A stretch of 61,044 nucleotides of DNA from contig MHWY01000005.1 of NCBI GenBank assembly GCA_001824295.1, forward strand, positions 304 through 61,347, given 5' to 3'. Below the pieces are notes generated by a model, which saw only the letters and a list, made by a program, of their open reading frames with translations, did not search any database and was not told the origin of the DNA. Shown one piece after another: positions 51,765 to 61,044 of this stretch; within the stretch, counting starts at the first letter, position 1, and each line of letters begins with the position of its first letter. Position numbers and translations under genes: made by a program. Origin of the DNA: Candidatus Zambryskibacteria bacterium RIFOXYD1_FULL_40_13 (lineage in GTDB: Bacteria > Patescibacteriota > Minisyncoccia > Phycocordibacterales > DATDWN01).

Positions 51765-54101
51765 ATGATTAACACAAAAAATTTTGAAAAGTATTGTCGG
51801 GCAGCAAACTATCTTTCTGCCGCACAGATATTTTTAAAAGACAATTTTTTACTAGAGCGCCCACTATCTTTTGATGATATAAAGCCGAGACTTTTGGGTC
51901 ACTGGGGAACCTGCCCTGGGGTAAATCTCCTTTATGCCCACCTAAATGCTCTGACAAAGGAACATAATCTAGATACACTTTTCATTCTTGGTCCTGGGCA
52001 CGGTTTTGCTGGTCTTCAAGCAAACTTGTTTATTGAAGGAACTCTTTCAAAGTATTATCCAGACCTACCACAGAATAAAGGGGGTCTTGAAAAGATGGTC
52101 AAATCTTTTAGTTGGCCGTATGGTTTCCCAAGTCACACCAACCCAGGGACACCTGGTGCAATCTTGGAGGGTGGGGAGCTCGGATATTCGCTGGCTACCG
52201 CGTACGGCGCGGTTTTAGATAATCCAGATTTAATCGCGGTTGCAATGATTGGGGATGGTGAAGCAGAAACAGGGCCAACAGCCACAGCCTGGCACTTAAA
52301 TAAATTTATAAATCCGAAAACAAACGGAACAGTTTTACCTGTGCTTCATAGGAATGGTTACAAAATATCTGGGCCAACTATCTTTGGAAGAATGTCTGTT
52401 GAGGAACTTACATCACTTTTCACTGGCTATGGTTATCATCCGTATTTTGTAGATGGTGGAGAGGGGGTTCATGAAAGACTTTCTCTAACCCTTGAGGACT
52501 GCTACAAGGAAATAAAAGAGATAAAGGAGGCGTCCCCTGTGTCGCCAAGGTTTCCGATGATTGTTCTCACGACCCTGAAAGGTGAGGGTGGAATAAAAGA
52601 ACTTCATGGAAAAAAGATAGAAGGAAATTTTGCAGCCCACCAGGTTGTGGCAACCTTGGCAAAGTCAGACGAGGGCGAGCTTCGAATGGTTGAAGAGTGG
52701 CTTCGCTCGTATAACTTTAATGAATTATTTAATGCAGAAACCGGTTTTATAGACGAGATAAAGGAACTTATTCCAGAAGAGTCAAAAAGAATTGGAAACA
52801 ATAAACATTGTTTCGGCGGAGATAGGGTTTACAAAGACCTATCTCTTCCTTCAGTTACAGAAAATGCTGGAGAAGTTTCCGAGAGGGGTGTGTCTATGGT
52901 AAGCAATATGATTCAGGCTGGGGAATATCTGAAGAGGGTTATAGAGGCCAACGAGGCCGACAAAAATTTCAGAGTATTTTCACCAGACGAGACATATTCC
53001 AACAAACTACAGGCTATTTTCAAAGCAACCACTCGTTCCTTTGTTTGGCCACACATGGACCACGACGAAGACCTAGCAAGAGATGGAAGAGTAATAGAGA
53101 TGCTGTCGGAGCATTCACTTCAGGGGCTTATGCAGGGATATGTTTTGACAGGGAGACACGCAGTCTTTCCTTCGTACGAAGCTTTTATTCAAATAGTGGG
53201 TAGTATGACCGACCAATATGCTAAGTTTTTGCGTATTGCTCGCGAATTGTCGTGGAGAGGAGATATTTCTTCTCTGAATTATATTCTCACAAGTCCTGGT
53301 TGGGCACAGGAGCACAACGGCTTTTCTCACCAGAATCCTGGGTTTATAGATACAGTTCTCCAGCGACATGGCCCATATGTTAGTGTGTATTTTCCACCAG
53401 ACAGGAACTCAACCCTAGTTTGTTTAAAGAAAATGTTGGAAACAAAAAAGGAGATAAATGTTCTTGTCTCTGGAAAGGCGGATTCGCCAGAGTGGCTCAC
53501 TGTAGCAGAAGCGGAAAAAGCTCTATCGCAAGGTGTGATGACCTGGGATTTTGCTAGTGATGAAAATCCAGACATTGTTTTTGCTTCTGTTGGAGACTAT
53601 CTAACCAAAGAAAGTCTAGCTGCGATTACAACTATCAAGGAAGATGCGCCGGAAGTTAGGATAAGGTTCGTCAATATTCTTGAATTAACCGCAATGGGTA
53701 TCGGTTCAACAGAGAAACAAATGTCAGAGGGAAGCTTTGAAGGTTATTTTACAAAGGACAAGCCTGTTATACTAAATTTCCACGGTTATCCTGAGACCAT
53801 GAAGCAAGTTTTGTTTGACCACAAGGATGCAAGTGATCGATTCTCGATTCATGGATATATAGAGAATGGTTCAACTACGACTCCATTTGATATGCAGGTT
53901 AGAAACAAGACCAGTAGATTGCATATCGCTAGAGAAGCGATAGAGACACTCGGTAAAAATGGAGTTATCTCGGGGGATAAGGCAAATATTATCAGTCAAA
54001 AATATAGTAAACTTTTGGATGAACATCTAGCATTTATAAAAGAGACAGGTGATGATCCAGAGTATATAGCAAAATGGCAATGGTCCGGTAGTAGAAAATA
54101 A
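51765..54101 (+). CDS. xfp: Xylulose-5-P/fructose-6-P phosphoketolase
   Basis: 778 aa with LLGHWGTCPG, EGGELGY and GDGEAETGP (ThDP-binding) motifs. Confidence 0.93.
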   Translation: MINTKNFEKYCRAANYLSAAQIFLKDNFLLERPLSFDDIKPRLLGHWGTCPGVNLLYAHLNALTKEHNLDTLFILGPGHGFAGLQANLFIEGTLSKYYPDLPQNKGGLEKMVKSFSWPYGFPSHTNPGTPGAILEGGELGYSLATAYGAVLDNPDLIAVAMIGDGEAETGPTATAWHLNKFINPKTNGTVLPVLHRNGYKISGPTIFGRMSVEELTSLFTGYGYHPYFVDGGEGVHERLSLTLEDCYKEIKEIKEASPVSPRFPMIVLTTLKGEGGIKELHGKKIEGNFAAHQVVATLAKSDEGELRMVEEWLRSYNFNELFNAETGFIDEIKELIPEESKRIGNNKHCFGGDRVYKDLSLPSVTENAGEVSERGVSMVSNMIQAGEYLKRVIEANEADKNFRVFSPDETYSNKLQAIFKATTRSFVWPHMDHDEDLARDGRVIEMLSEHSLQGLMQGYVLTGRHAVFPSYEAFIQIVGSMTDQYAKFLRIARELSWRGDISSLNYILTSPGWAQEHNGFSHQNPGFIDTVLQRHGPYVSVYFPPDRNSTLVCLKKMLETKKEINVLVSGKADSPEWLTVAEAEKALSQGVMTWDFASDENPDIVFASVGDYLTKESLAAITTIKEDAPEVRIRFVNILELTAMGIGSTEKQMSEGSFEGYFTKDKPVILNFHGYPETMKQVLFDHKDASDRFSIHGYIENGSTTTPFDMQVRNKTSRLHIAREAIETLGKNGVISGDKANIISQKYSKLLDEHLAFIKETGDDPEYIAKWQWSGSRK

Positions 54102-54173
54102 CATTGAATAGATTCACTAAGTAAATAAATTGAAAATTGTCGAAATTATAAATAATAATTTAAAAAATTTCAC

Positions 54174-54207
54174 CGCTCGGTAGAGCGATGTTATTTTTCA
54201 CTACGGG
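54174..54207. repeat. Mini hairpin / solitary arm of the GTAGTGAA family abutting the ackA ATG
   Basis: ctCGGTAGAGcgATGTTATTTTTCACTACGGG, immediately followed by ATG at 54208. Confidence 0.45.
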
Positions 54208-55356
54208 ATGGAAAAAAATATCTTAGCAATTAACATTGGAAGCTCCTCAAAGAAGTACCACTTTTTTTCTGATGAAAGTCTTCTTTCTAGTGCACATTTT
54301 GAGCGTGACAATGAAAGACATATTGTAACTTATAGAGGGGGCGAGGAGCAGGAGATTAATTCGGAGACATATGAGAATAGTCTGGAATCATTTTATGAAA
54401 CCCTAAAGACAGGTGGACAGGTCAGTGACGAGAAGCCAGTTTCGGCTATTGGCCTCCGACTAGTTGCTCCGGGAGAATATTTTGCAAAAGACAATCTTGT
54501 AAATGAGGAATTTATTAAGAATCTTGAAACTATTGCAAAAAGTGATCCAACCCATATCGTCCCAGTACAGACAGAGCTTGGTTTTGTCAGTAAGCTTTTT
54601 CCAGGTATTAATATAGTTGCAGTTTCAGATAGTCGTTTTCACTCAACCATGTCACAGGTTGCAAGACAGTATGCTATCCCAGAGAAACTAGCTAAAGAGA
54701 AAGATATATATCGCTTTGGTTTCCATGGGATTTCTGTGGCAAGTATTGTTCATGACCTCCTTAGCCGACCATCTAGTATAGAGAAGAAAGTCGTTGTTTG
54801 CCACTTGGGTAGTGGGGCAAGCATAACAGCAGTATTGGATGGAAAAAGTGTGGATACTTCAATGGGTTACTCTCCCCTTGAAGGATTAATAATGAGTTCC
54901 CGGGTTGGAAATATTGATGCAGGTGCGGTATTGCGACTACTAGATGAAACAAGTCCAGACGAACTGCATAAATTGTTTTATTTCCAGAGTGGATTATTGG
55001 CTTTGAGTGGCCTGTCCGACGATATGAGAGTACTTCTCAGTGCCGAGAAGGAGGGGCACTCTGGAGCACATCTAGCTATTGAGTCTTTCGTTTATGCTGT
55101 TAGAAAATATATTGGTGCATATGCAACGGTGCTTCACGGTCTCGATGCTATTGTTTTTTCAGGAACAATGGGTGAGAGGGCCTTTCTTGTGCGAGAGAGG
55201 ATATGTAGTAACTTGGAATATTTGAATATTCACATTGATTTGGAAAAGAACAAAGTCGCTGTGGGTGGAACAAATATTGCAAGCTCTGGAATACCAATAT
55301 ATATAGTTAATGTGGATGAGGCAGGGGAGATTATGCGAAGGACTGCATTATTATAG
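54208..55356 (+). CDS. ackA: Acetate kinase
   Basis: ILAINIGSSSKKY N-terminus, FGFHGIS and HLGSGASI motifs. Confidence 0.9.
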   Translation: MEKNILAINIGSSSKKYHFFSDESLLSSAHFERDNERHIVTYRGGEEQEINSETYENSLESFYETLKTGGQVSDEKPVSAIGLRLVAPGEYFAKDNLVNEEFIKNLETIAKSDPTHIVPVQTELGFVSKLFPGINIVAVSDSRFHSTMSQVARQYAIPEKLAKEKDIYRFGFHGISVASIVHDLLSRPSSIEKKVVVCHLGSGASITAVLDGKSVDTSMGYSPLEGLIMSSRVGNIDAGAVLRLLDETSPDELHKLFYFQSGLLALSGLSDDMRVLLSAEKEGHSGAHLAIESFVYAVRKYIGAYATVLHGLDAIVFSGTMGERAFLVRERICSNLEYLNIHIDLEKNKVAVGGTNIASSGIPIYIVNVDEAGEIMRRTALL

Positions 55357-55468
55357 ATTTCATTTTTGGTGGTATAATATATTTATTAATAGCTAAAATA
55401 TTTTTTATGTCAAAAGGGGAAACATATAAAAAAGAGAAAAAGAAACCAAAGAAGGTAAAGTAATCGGG

Positions 55469-55903
55469 ATGAAAAAACCACTATCTGTTGATGAGCTAAA
55501 GAGTGCTCGAAAACCATTACGAAATGTAAATATAGAACACAGAGAGCGACTGACTTCTCTAGAGCTTTTTGCTGTTTGGATAACAAATAAAGTTGGTTCC
55601 ATGGGATTTTTTGTTGTCATTTTACTTTGGACAGTCATTTGGCTTGGTTGGAATACACTTGGCCCATTAGAGTATCGTTTTGATCCCTATCCGGCTTTTG
55701 TATTGTGGCTCTTTATATCAAACACGATTCAGATTTTTCTCATGCCCCTTCTTCTTATTGGACAGAACCTTTTGGGGAAACATGCTGAGGCAAGAGCGGA
55801 GGCAGAGTATGAAATAGACACAAAAGCAGAAAAGGAGATAGAAACCATCCTTATTCATCTTGAGAATCAGAATGAAATACTAGAAAGACTGGAAAAGAAA
55901 TAA
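55469..55903 (+). CDS. DUF1003-family membrane protein
   Basis: FDPYPAFVLWLFISNTIQIFLMPLLLIGQN pattern with two TM helices. Confidence 0.65.
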   Translation: MKKPLSVDELKSARKPLRNVNIEHRERLTSLELFAVWITNKVGSMGFFVVILLWTVIWLGWNTLGPLEYRFDPYPAFVLWLFISNTIQIFLMPLLLIGQNLLGKHAEARAEAEYEIDTKAEKEIETILIHLENQNEILERLEKK

Positions 55904-55931
55904 AATGGTGAAAATGAAACCCCGCGCGGTT

Positions 55932-56360
55932 TTATTTTTTTATCTGTTCCTCAATACTCTCTAATTTCTCCTCCACTTTGTTTAGTGTTTTTTGAAGTTT
56001 TTCTATCTGGTTTTCCTCAGAGAGGATTTCTTCCTCTGTTTTTTCTACAATTTTTTTCTCACCCTTAAGACCTGAGATGATAAGACGGTTACCAACAAAT
56101 ACAGAAACAAACACCCCAGTAATAAGTAAAAGAACCGAGCCGATAATGAGAGACAAAGGACCATCTAGTAGACCTGCATAAGAAAAGGGCTCTACCCCAA
56201 GTAATAATGCGGTTATAAAATCGGTAGTGTGCCATACTCCTCTCCAGAACAAGACAACGCCAATTCCTCCCAAAAAGGCATAAAAGAATGGTGTATGACT
56301 CAGTCTTCCTCTGGTCCTGTCTTCAACTTTATCGAAATATTGTGAGATTTTTTTGAACAT
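55932..56360 (-). CDS. Membrane protein with a C-terminal coiled coil (hypothetical)
   Basis: 142 aa with three TM helices and an EEILSEENQIEKLQKTLNKVEEKLESIEEQIKK tail. Confidence 0.45.
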   Translation of the reverse strand: MFKKISQYFDKVEDRTRGRLSHTPFFYAFLGGIGVVLFWRGVWHTTDFITALLLGVEPFSYAGLLDGPLSLIIGSVLLLITGVFVSVFVGNRLIISGLKGEKKIVEKTEEEILSEENQIEKLQKTLNKVEEKLESIEEQIKK

Positions 56361-56418
56361 ATTTTGTAGATTTAGCCTGTATTTGGTTTAATCATACACT
56401 AATAGTATAATTGTTTCT

Positions 56419-57174
56419 ATGGTAAACAATAATAAAAAGGTAATCGCCTGTGATCTTGATGGGACTTTGGCCGAAAGCAAATCTACACTTTCCCATGACA
56501 TGGCCTCAGTTTTATGCAGTGTGTTGCGTCGTCATTTTCTAGTTATTGTCTCTGGTGGGACATTTTCTCAATTTCAAAAGCAGTTCTTGTCTCAGTTTTC
56601 CTGCGAACCAGAGTTATTAAGCAATCTATACTTGTTTCCAACAAACGGCAGTACTTGTTATGTATATGATGAAGAAAAAAAAGACTGGAAACAGCTATAT
56701 GATGAGTCTCTTTCTAGAAAAGAACGTGAAAAGATTGTAACGGCCTTTAGGGAGGTTATTTCTGAATCTGGTATGGATTTCAGTGGCGCATATGGCGAGA
56801 TTATTGAGGATAGAGGGAGCCAGATTACCTTTTCTGGAAGAGGCCAGGAAGCACCTGTCGATGTTAAAAGGGTTTGGGATCCTGACCAGGCAAAACGTCA
56901 AATACTAGTGAGTCTTCTCAGGAGTAAAATACCAGAATTTGAGATGCGAATGGGCGGAATGACCTCAATAGATGTTACTCGTAAGGGAATAGATAAGGCC
57001 TATGCAGTGAAAAAGATTGAGGAAATAATGAAAGTATCAGAAAACGACATAATTTTTGTTGGCGATGCTCTTTATAAGGGTGGAAACGATGCCTCAGTCA
57101 AAAAAACAGACGTGGATTTTATCCAAGAGGATGGTCCAGGCGATACCATAGAACTTTTACGTGAATACGCATAG
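56419..57174 (+). CDS. HAD-IIB family hydrolase (phosphomannomutase/sugar phosphatase-like)
   Basis: IACDLDGTL motif I and GDALYKGGND motif IV. TATAAT lies 7 nt upstream of the ATG. Confidence 0.7.
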   Translation: MVNNNKKVIACDLDGTLAESKSTLSHDMASVLCSVLRRHFLVIVSGGTFSQFQKQFLSQFSCEPELLSNLYLFPTNGSTCYVYDEEKKDWKQLYDESLSRKEREKIVTAFREVISESGMDFSGAYGEIIEDRGSQITFSGRGQEAPVDVKRVWDPDQAKRQILVSLLRSKIPEFEMRMGGMTSIDVTRKGIDKAYAVKKIEEIMKVSENDIIFVGDALYKGGNDASVKKTDVDFIQEDGPGDTIELLREYA

Positions 57175-57217
57175 CTTTTCTTTGCTTGCATCTGAATTAA
57201 TGTGTTATAATTTCGAT

Positions 57218-57559
57218 ATGAAGTCTGTTACCACCAAAAGACCATGGGGGTCATTTACACGTTTTACAAACAATGAACCATCTACAGTAAAACTATTATA
57301 TGTAAACAAAGGAGAGGAGTTAAGTTTGCAGTATCATGCCCACAGAGAAGAACACTGGGAGATAATTGAAGGAAATCCAGAAATAACCGTAGGGGACAAG
57401 GTCCTATATCCGAAGCCCGGTGAAGAGTTTGTCATTATGCCGATGACCAAACACCGCATTTCTGCTCCAAATGATAACGTAATCATTTTAGAAATATCTA
57501 TGGGTGAGTTTGATGAAAGTGATATTGTTAGACTTGAGGATGATTATAACAGGACTTAA
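57218..57559 (+). CDS. Cupin-domain protein, mannose-6-phosphate isomerase type II C-terminal-like
   Basis: RPWGSF...LSLQYHAHREEHWEIIEG. TATAAT (57206-57211) lies 6 nt upstream of the ATG. Confidence 0.65.
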   Translation: MKSVTTKRPWGSFTRFTNNEPSTVKLLYVNKGEELSLQYHAHREEHWEIIEGNPEITVGDKVLYPKPGEEFVIMPMTKHRISAPNDNVIILEISMGEFDESDIVRLEDDYNRT

Positions 57560-59439
57560 TGAGAAAAAGCACATTAAAAAAACCTACAAAAATTAAGAAA
57601 ACAGAAGGCCTTCCGCTCGCTGTTTTTTCTGTGACGGGTGGTGTTTGTGCACTTGAGAGAGTAGACAAGAAAACAACAAGCTCACTTTCTCTCTCTTGGA
57701 GTACTGATGGCCTGACTTTTGTTTCTGACAATAGAAGAGTTGAAATAAAATTATCAGCAACGAAAAAAGAAAAAATCAAAGACTGTAATCATTTTTCTGT
57801 TTCGGGTACTCGGAGTGGTTTTATGATGACATATGTAAGGGATGGCAAAAAGAAGGAAGACAGTGTAATCGTTGTCGCTAAATCAAAAGATTTATACGAA
57901 TGGACTGTGAAGTCAGAAATACCTAAAGTCGACACAAATCATTCTGTTATTCTGTATAGCAAGCAGTTGGACTTGTTTTCATTGTATCGTGATGGTCTAT
58001 TTATAAAAAACCAACTAACCAGAACTCTCTCACACTGGAAAGAGAAACCAACTCTAATCTTCACCTCAAGACATGGGATGTTTGATAGTGAAGTCATATC
58101 TATTATCGGAGGGGTAGAAACAAAGGAAGGGTCACTTCTCATCTATGATGCCTCAGTAAAAAAAGACAAGGAGCATTTATTGCAGATCGGAGGAGTGCTG
58201 TTCGATGTGAATAATCCGAAGCGAATAGTATGGCGATCTGAAGCTCCGCTATGGCAAGGGGTAGTTGAGACAAAAAACAAGACCGATGCAGTTACACCTG
58301 TTGGATTTGTGCACTCGGGCCAGAACTTTATTGTCTACTGGCGGACAAAAGAAGGTGGAATGGTTATATCAACCTTTCCAACTTTATACAAGAATACAGA
58401 AATATATCAGCACAAAATACTTAATAGGTCAGAGAAGAATCCTATAATAATTTCTAGACCAGGGCATGATTGGGAGGTTTTGGGGACGTTTAATCCCGCG
58501 GTTTTTCAGGATGAAAATCATGTTTTGCACATGTTTTACCGGGCCATAGGCAAGGATGGAATCTCTAGAGTTGGCTATGCCCAGAGTGATGATGGCATAT
58601 CTATCACAAAAAGATTACCCTATCCTGTTTTTGAACCATCTTCGGGGGAGGGAATGCCAAGTGCAAAGATATTTAACGGTCCAACTGGATATTATCCTTC
58701 CTATTATACTTCTGGTGGTGGATGGGGTGGTTCTGAAGATCCAAGAGTTGTCAAAATAGATAATCGCATTTACATGATGTATGTGGCGTTTGAGGGTTGG
58801 AGTTCTATCCGCATTGCCCTGACTTCTATTTCTGTTAGCGACTTTAAGAAGGGACACTGGAACTGGAGAAAACCCGCACTTATTTCTTCCCCAGATGAAA
58901 TAAACAAAAATTGGCTTTTGTTTCCAGAAAAAATAAATGGTAGATATGCAATTCTACATACCATCACTCCAGATATTGGAATAGAGTACATAGATGATTT
59001 GGATAATATAAAAATTATCTCGAGTGAAAGACCTCAAGGACCGCAACCAGGTCGTGCGGATTTCTGGGATAACAAAATAAGGGGTGCTGGTCCTCCTCCG
59101 ATAAAGACTAGTAAGGGATGGTTGCTACTCTACCACGCACAAAACAAGAGAGAACCACATAAATATAAACTTGGGGCCATGCTCTTGGATTTGAATAATC
59201 CCACAAAAATATTATATAGGTCAAAACACGCAATACTTTCCCCAGAAATGCACTACGAAAACGACGGAAAGCCAGGAGTAATATATGCCTCCGGTGCAGT
59301 AATAAGGGGAGACGATTTGTATGTTTATTATGGTGGGGGAGATAAAGTCGTGTGTGTGGCCACCACACCACTGAAAGAATTCTTAAATTATTTGATAACT
59401 GGTAATCCCGATTCATACGAACTCAAAAGAGTGGTTTAG
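57559..59439 (+). CDS. Two-domain GH130-like glycoside phosphorylase/hydrolase
   Basis: C-terminal half has FNPA, GSEDPRVVKIDNRIYMMY and YYGGGDKVVCVAT (GH130 pattern). The N-terminal half is a divergent propeller-like repeat. Confidence 0.7.
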   Translation: MRKSTLKKPTKIKKTEGLPLAVFSVTGGVCALERVDKKTTSSLSLSWSTDGLTFVSDNRRVEIKLSATKKEKIKDCNHFSVSGTRSGFMMTYVRDGKKKEDSVIVVAKSKDLYEWTVKSEIPKVDTNHSVILYSKQLDLFSLYRDGLFIKNQLTRTLSHWKEKPTLIFTSRHGMFDSEVISIIGGVETKEGSLLIYDASVKKDKEHLLQIGGVLFDVNNPKRIVWRSEAPLWQGVVETKNKTDAVTPVGFVHSGQNFIVYWRTKEGGMVISTFPTLYKNTEIYQHKILNRSEKNPIIISRPGHDWEVLGTFNPAVFQDENHVLHMFYRAIGKDGISRVGYAQSDDGISITKRLPYPVFEPSSGEGMPSAKIFNGPTGYYPSYYTSGGGWGGSEDPRVVKIDNRIYMMYVAFEGWSSIRIALTSISVSDFKKGHWNWRKPALISSPDEINKNWLLFPEKINGRYAILHTITPDIGIEYIDDLDNIKIISSERPQGPQPGRADFWDNKIRGAGPPPIKTSKGWLLLYHAQNKREPHKYKLGAMLLDLNNPTKILYRSKHAILSPEMHYENDGKPGVIYASGAVIRGDDLYVYYGGGDKVVCVATTPLKEFLNYLITGNPDSYELKRVV

Positions 59440-59487
59440 TGTTTACTTTATTGACTTTACGAACTTTATAAACTTTACAACTATTAT

Positions 59488-61044
59488 ATGTATGTAGTTA
59501 AACGCTCAGAGCGAAATCCAATACTCGGTCCACATAGAGAGCATTCATTTGAGAGTTTTGCTGCCTTTAATGGTAATCCAATACAGGTTGGTTCGTCTGT
59601 CTACATGTTGTATCGGGCACAGTCATTTCCAGAAACAATAGACGGTAATCAGTTTTCTCTTGCTACTGTTTGTAGGACAGTAAGTGCTGATGGAGTAAAT
59701 TTCACCGGCAGAGAGGTTTTTATTTTTCCAGAAAATGTTTGGGAGAGATTTGGTTGTGAGGACCCAAGGGTAACAAAGGTTGATGGTAAATATTACATTT
59801 TCTATACTGCTTTGTCGGTATATCCTTTTGGTCCGCAAGGGATTAAGGTTGGTTTGGCTATAAGTAGAGACCTAGAGACCGTGGACGAAAAGCATTTAGT
59901 AACACCGTTTAACGCCAAGGCCATGACTCTTTTTCCAGAAAAAGTGAATGGAAAATATGTGGCACTACTTACAGCCAACACAGATGTTCCACCATCACAC
60001 ATAGGTATTGCAGAATTTGATAAAATTGAGGACGTCTGGTCTGAAGCTTATTGGAAAAAATGGTATGCAGAATTGGATAAACATACACTAGAAATACCAA
60101 ATTTCCCTGGCGATCACTTAGAAATAGGGGGATGCCCCATAAAGACAGAAGACGGGTGGCTTATCGTTTATTCCAGGGTTATAAATTATAGTTCTCACGA
60201 CAAAAAAATATTTGCCATTGAAACAGCTTTGCTTGATTTGGATAATCCCAGAACCGTTATTGGTAAAACAAGGGGTCCCTTGCTTACTCCCGAAGAACAA
60301 TACGAACAGTATGGTACCGTTCCCAACACCATATTTCCAAGTGGAGCTTTAATCATGGGGGATAAACTTAACATATACTATGGTGCGACAGACACTACCG
60401 TTGCTCTGGCATCTGTGGATTTAAAAAGTCTCATTGAATCAATGAAGTTTCCTTACAAAGAGATTGGTTTTCAGAGACTAACCCAGGGTGCTCTCATAAC
60501 TCCACGCAAGGATAAGTCATGGGAATCAAAAGCCATTTTCAATCCTGGGGCAATAAATATTGATGGGCAGATAAATATTTTATACAGAGCTATGTCACAG
60601 GATAACACTTCTGTTCTTGGTCTTGCTCAAAGTGACAATGGCACAGACGTTACTTTCCGTTCGGATGAACCAGTGTACACACCACGAGAATCTTTTGAGA
60701 GTAAGGGTGTGCCCAACGGGAACTCTGGCTGTGAAGACCCGCGTCTAACCCAGATAGGTGATATTATTTACATGTATTATGTGGCTTACAACGGGATTAC
60801 TCCTCCAGCAGTAGCCATGACTTCTATTCTCAAGGAAGATTTCAAAAAGAAAAATTGGGCGTGGTCAAAACCTGTTTTGGTTACTGCAGATGGGGTGGAC
60901 GACAAGGACGCCTGTCTTCATCCAGAAACGATTAAAGGAAAATATTTTCTGTATCACAGAGTAAATAACTACATCTGTGGAGATTTCGGTTCTACCCCGG
61001 CTTTCCCCGAAAGAAATAACTTCAAAAATATTCCGATTCTAATG
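59488..61044 (+). CDS. Tandem GH130-like glycoside phosphorylase/hydrolase (partial, runs off window end)
   Basis: Frame is open from ATG 59488 to the window end (519 codons). Contains NPILGP, CEDPRVTKVDGKYYIFY and IYYGATDT, then a second repeat with FNPGA and CEDPRLTQIGDIIYMYY. Confidence 0.7.
   Translation, partial: MYVVKRSERNPILGPHREHSFESFAAFNGNPIQVGSSVYMLYRAQSFPETIDGNQFSLATVCRTVSADGVNFTGREVFIFPENVWERFGCEDPRVTKVDGKYYIFYTALSVYPFGPQGIKVGLAISRDLETVDEKHLVTPFNAKAMTLFPEKVNGKYVALLTANTDVPPSHIGIAEFDKIEDVWSEAYWKKWYAELDKHTLEIPNFPGDHLEIGGCPIKTEDGWLIVYSRVINYSSHDKKIFAIETALLDLDNPRTVIGKTRGPLLTPEEQYEQYGTVPNTIFPSGALIMGDKLNIYYGATDTTVALASVDLKSLIESMKFPYKEIGFQRLTQGALITPRKDKSWESKAIFNPGAINIDGQINILYRAMSQDNTSVLGLAQSDNGTDVTFRSDEPVYTPRESFESKGVPNGNSGCEDPRLTQIGDIIYMYYVAYNGITPPAVAMTSILKEDFKKKNWAWSKPVLVTADGVDDKDACLHPETIKGKYFLYHRVNNYICGDFGSTPAFPERNNFKNIPILM

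Noticed and set aside
55405-55468. 18-codon ORF (MSKGETYKKEKKKPKKVK) upstream of the DUF1003 gene, and minus-strand ORF 55405-55638.
   Set aside because: The ORF is too short and of low complexity to support without conservation or expression data. The minus-strand ORF overlaps the DUF1003 gene start.

Overview
This is an AT-rich bacterial chromosome segment (roughly 35-40% GC judged by eye, not computed) with small, tightly packed genes. It looks like a reduced-genome Patescibacteria/CPR-type organism, but that is inference. Core genes: recG (partial), a DnaQ-like exonuclease, a secretin-less type IV pilus cluster (pilM/N-like/O, pilB, a receiver-only response regulator, pilT, pilC, major pilin, pilD, four minor pilins), ligA, gatCA, pyrD, prfB, ftsEX, an ECF sigma module, an ABC-F ATPase, a DEAD-box helicase, phosphoketolase plus acetate kinase, and a GH130/mannoside cluster. 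There are eight intact tRNA genes and one split tRNA-like gene. Many genes have a TATAAT box 6-8 nt upstream of the ATG, which suggests leaderless mRNAs. The main observations are: (1) A family of palindromic elements has CCNGTAGTGAA-type termini. One 317-bp copy carries a GIY-YIG ORF and sits exactly at the ftsE start codon with an ATGA duplication. A nest of ORF-less copies sits exactly at the ABC-F start codon. Degenerate copies lie in the ftsE-ftsX spacer and next to the ackA ATG. (2) A tRNA-Gln-like gene appears to be split in its D-arm by a ~0.4-kb cassette. The cassette carries a second GIY-YIG ORF and an intact tRNA-Gln(CUG) held in a 16-bp stem, and a 37-nt structured insert occurs twice. 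(3) A conserved structured element (two copies, >90% identical cores) follows tRNA genes. It is bracketed by an antisense copy and a direct copy of the neighbouring tRNA 3' end. (4) A ~209-nt group I intron lies in the anticodon loop of tRNA-Asp(GUC). (5) An accessory island at 36.1-41.1 kb holds an M.EcoRI-like methyltransferase with a DUF262-HNH nuclease, a three-gene small-protein operon, and an HTH-Doc toxin-antitoxin cassette flanked by 26-bp direct repeats. (6) Three GC-rich islets each have their own Shine-Dalgarno site and terminator. I recognised no CRISPR array, cas gene, integrase or classical transposase.
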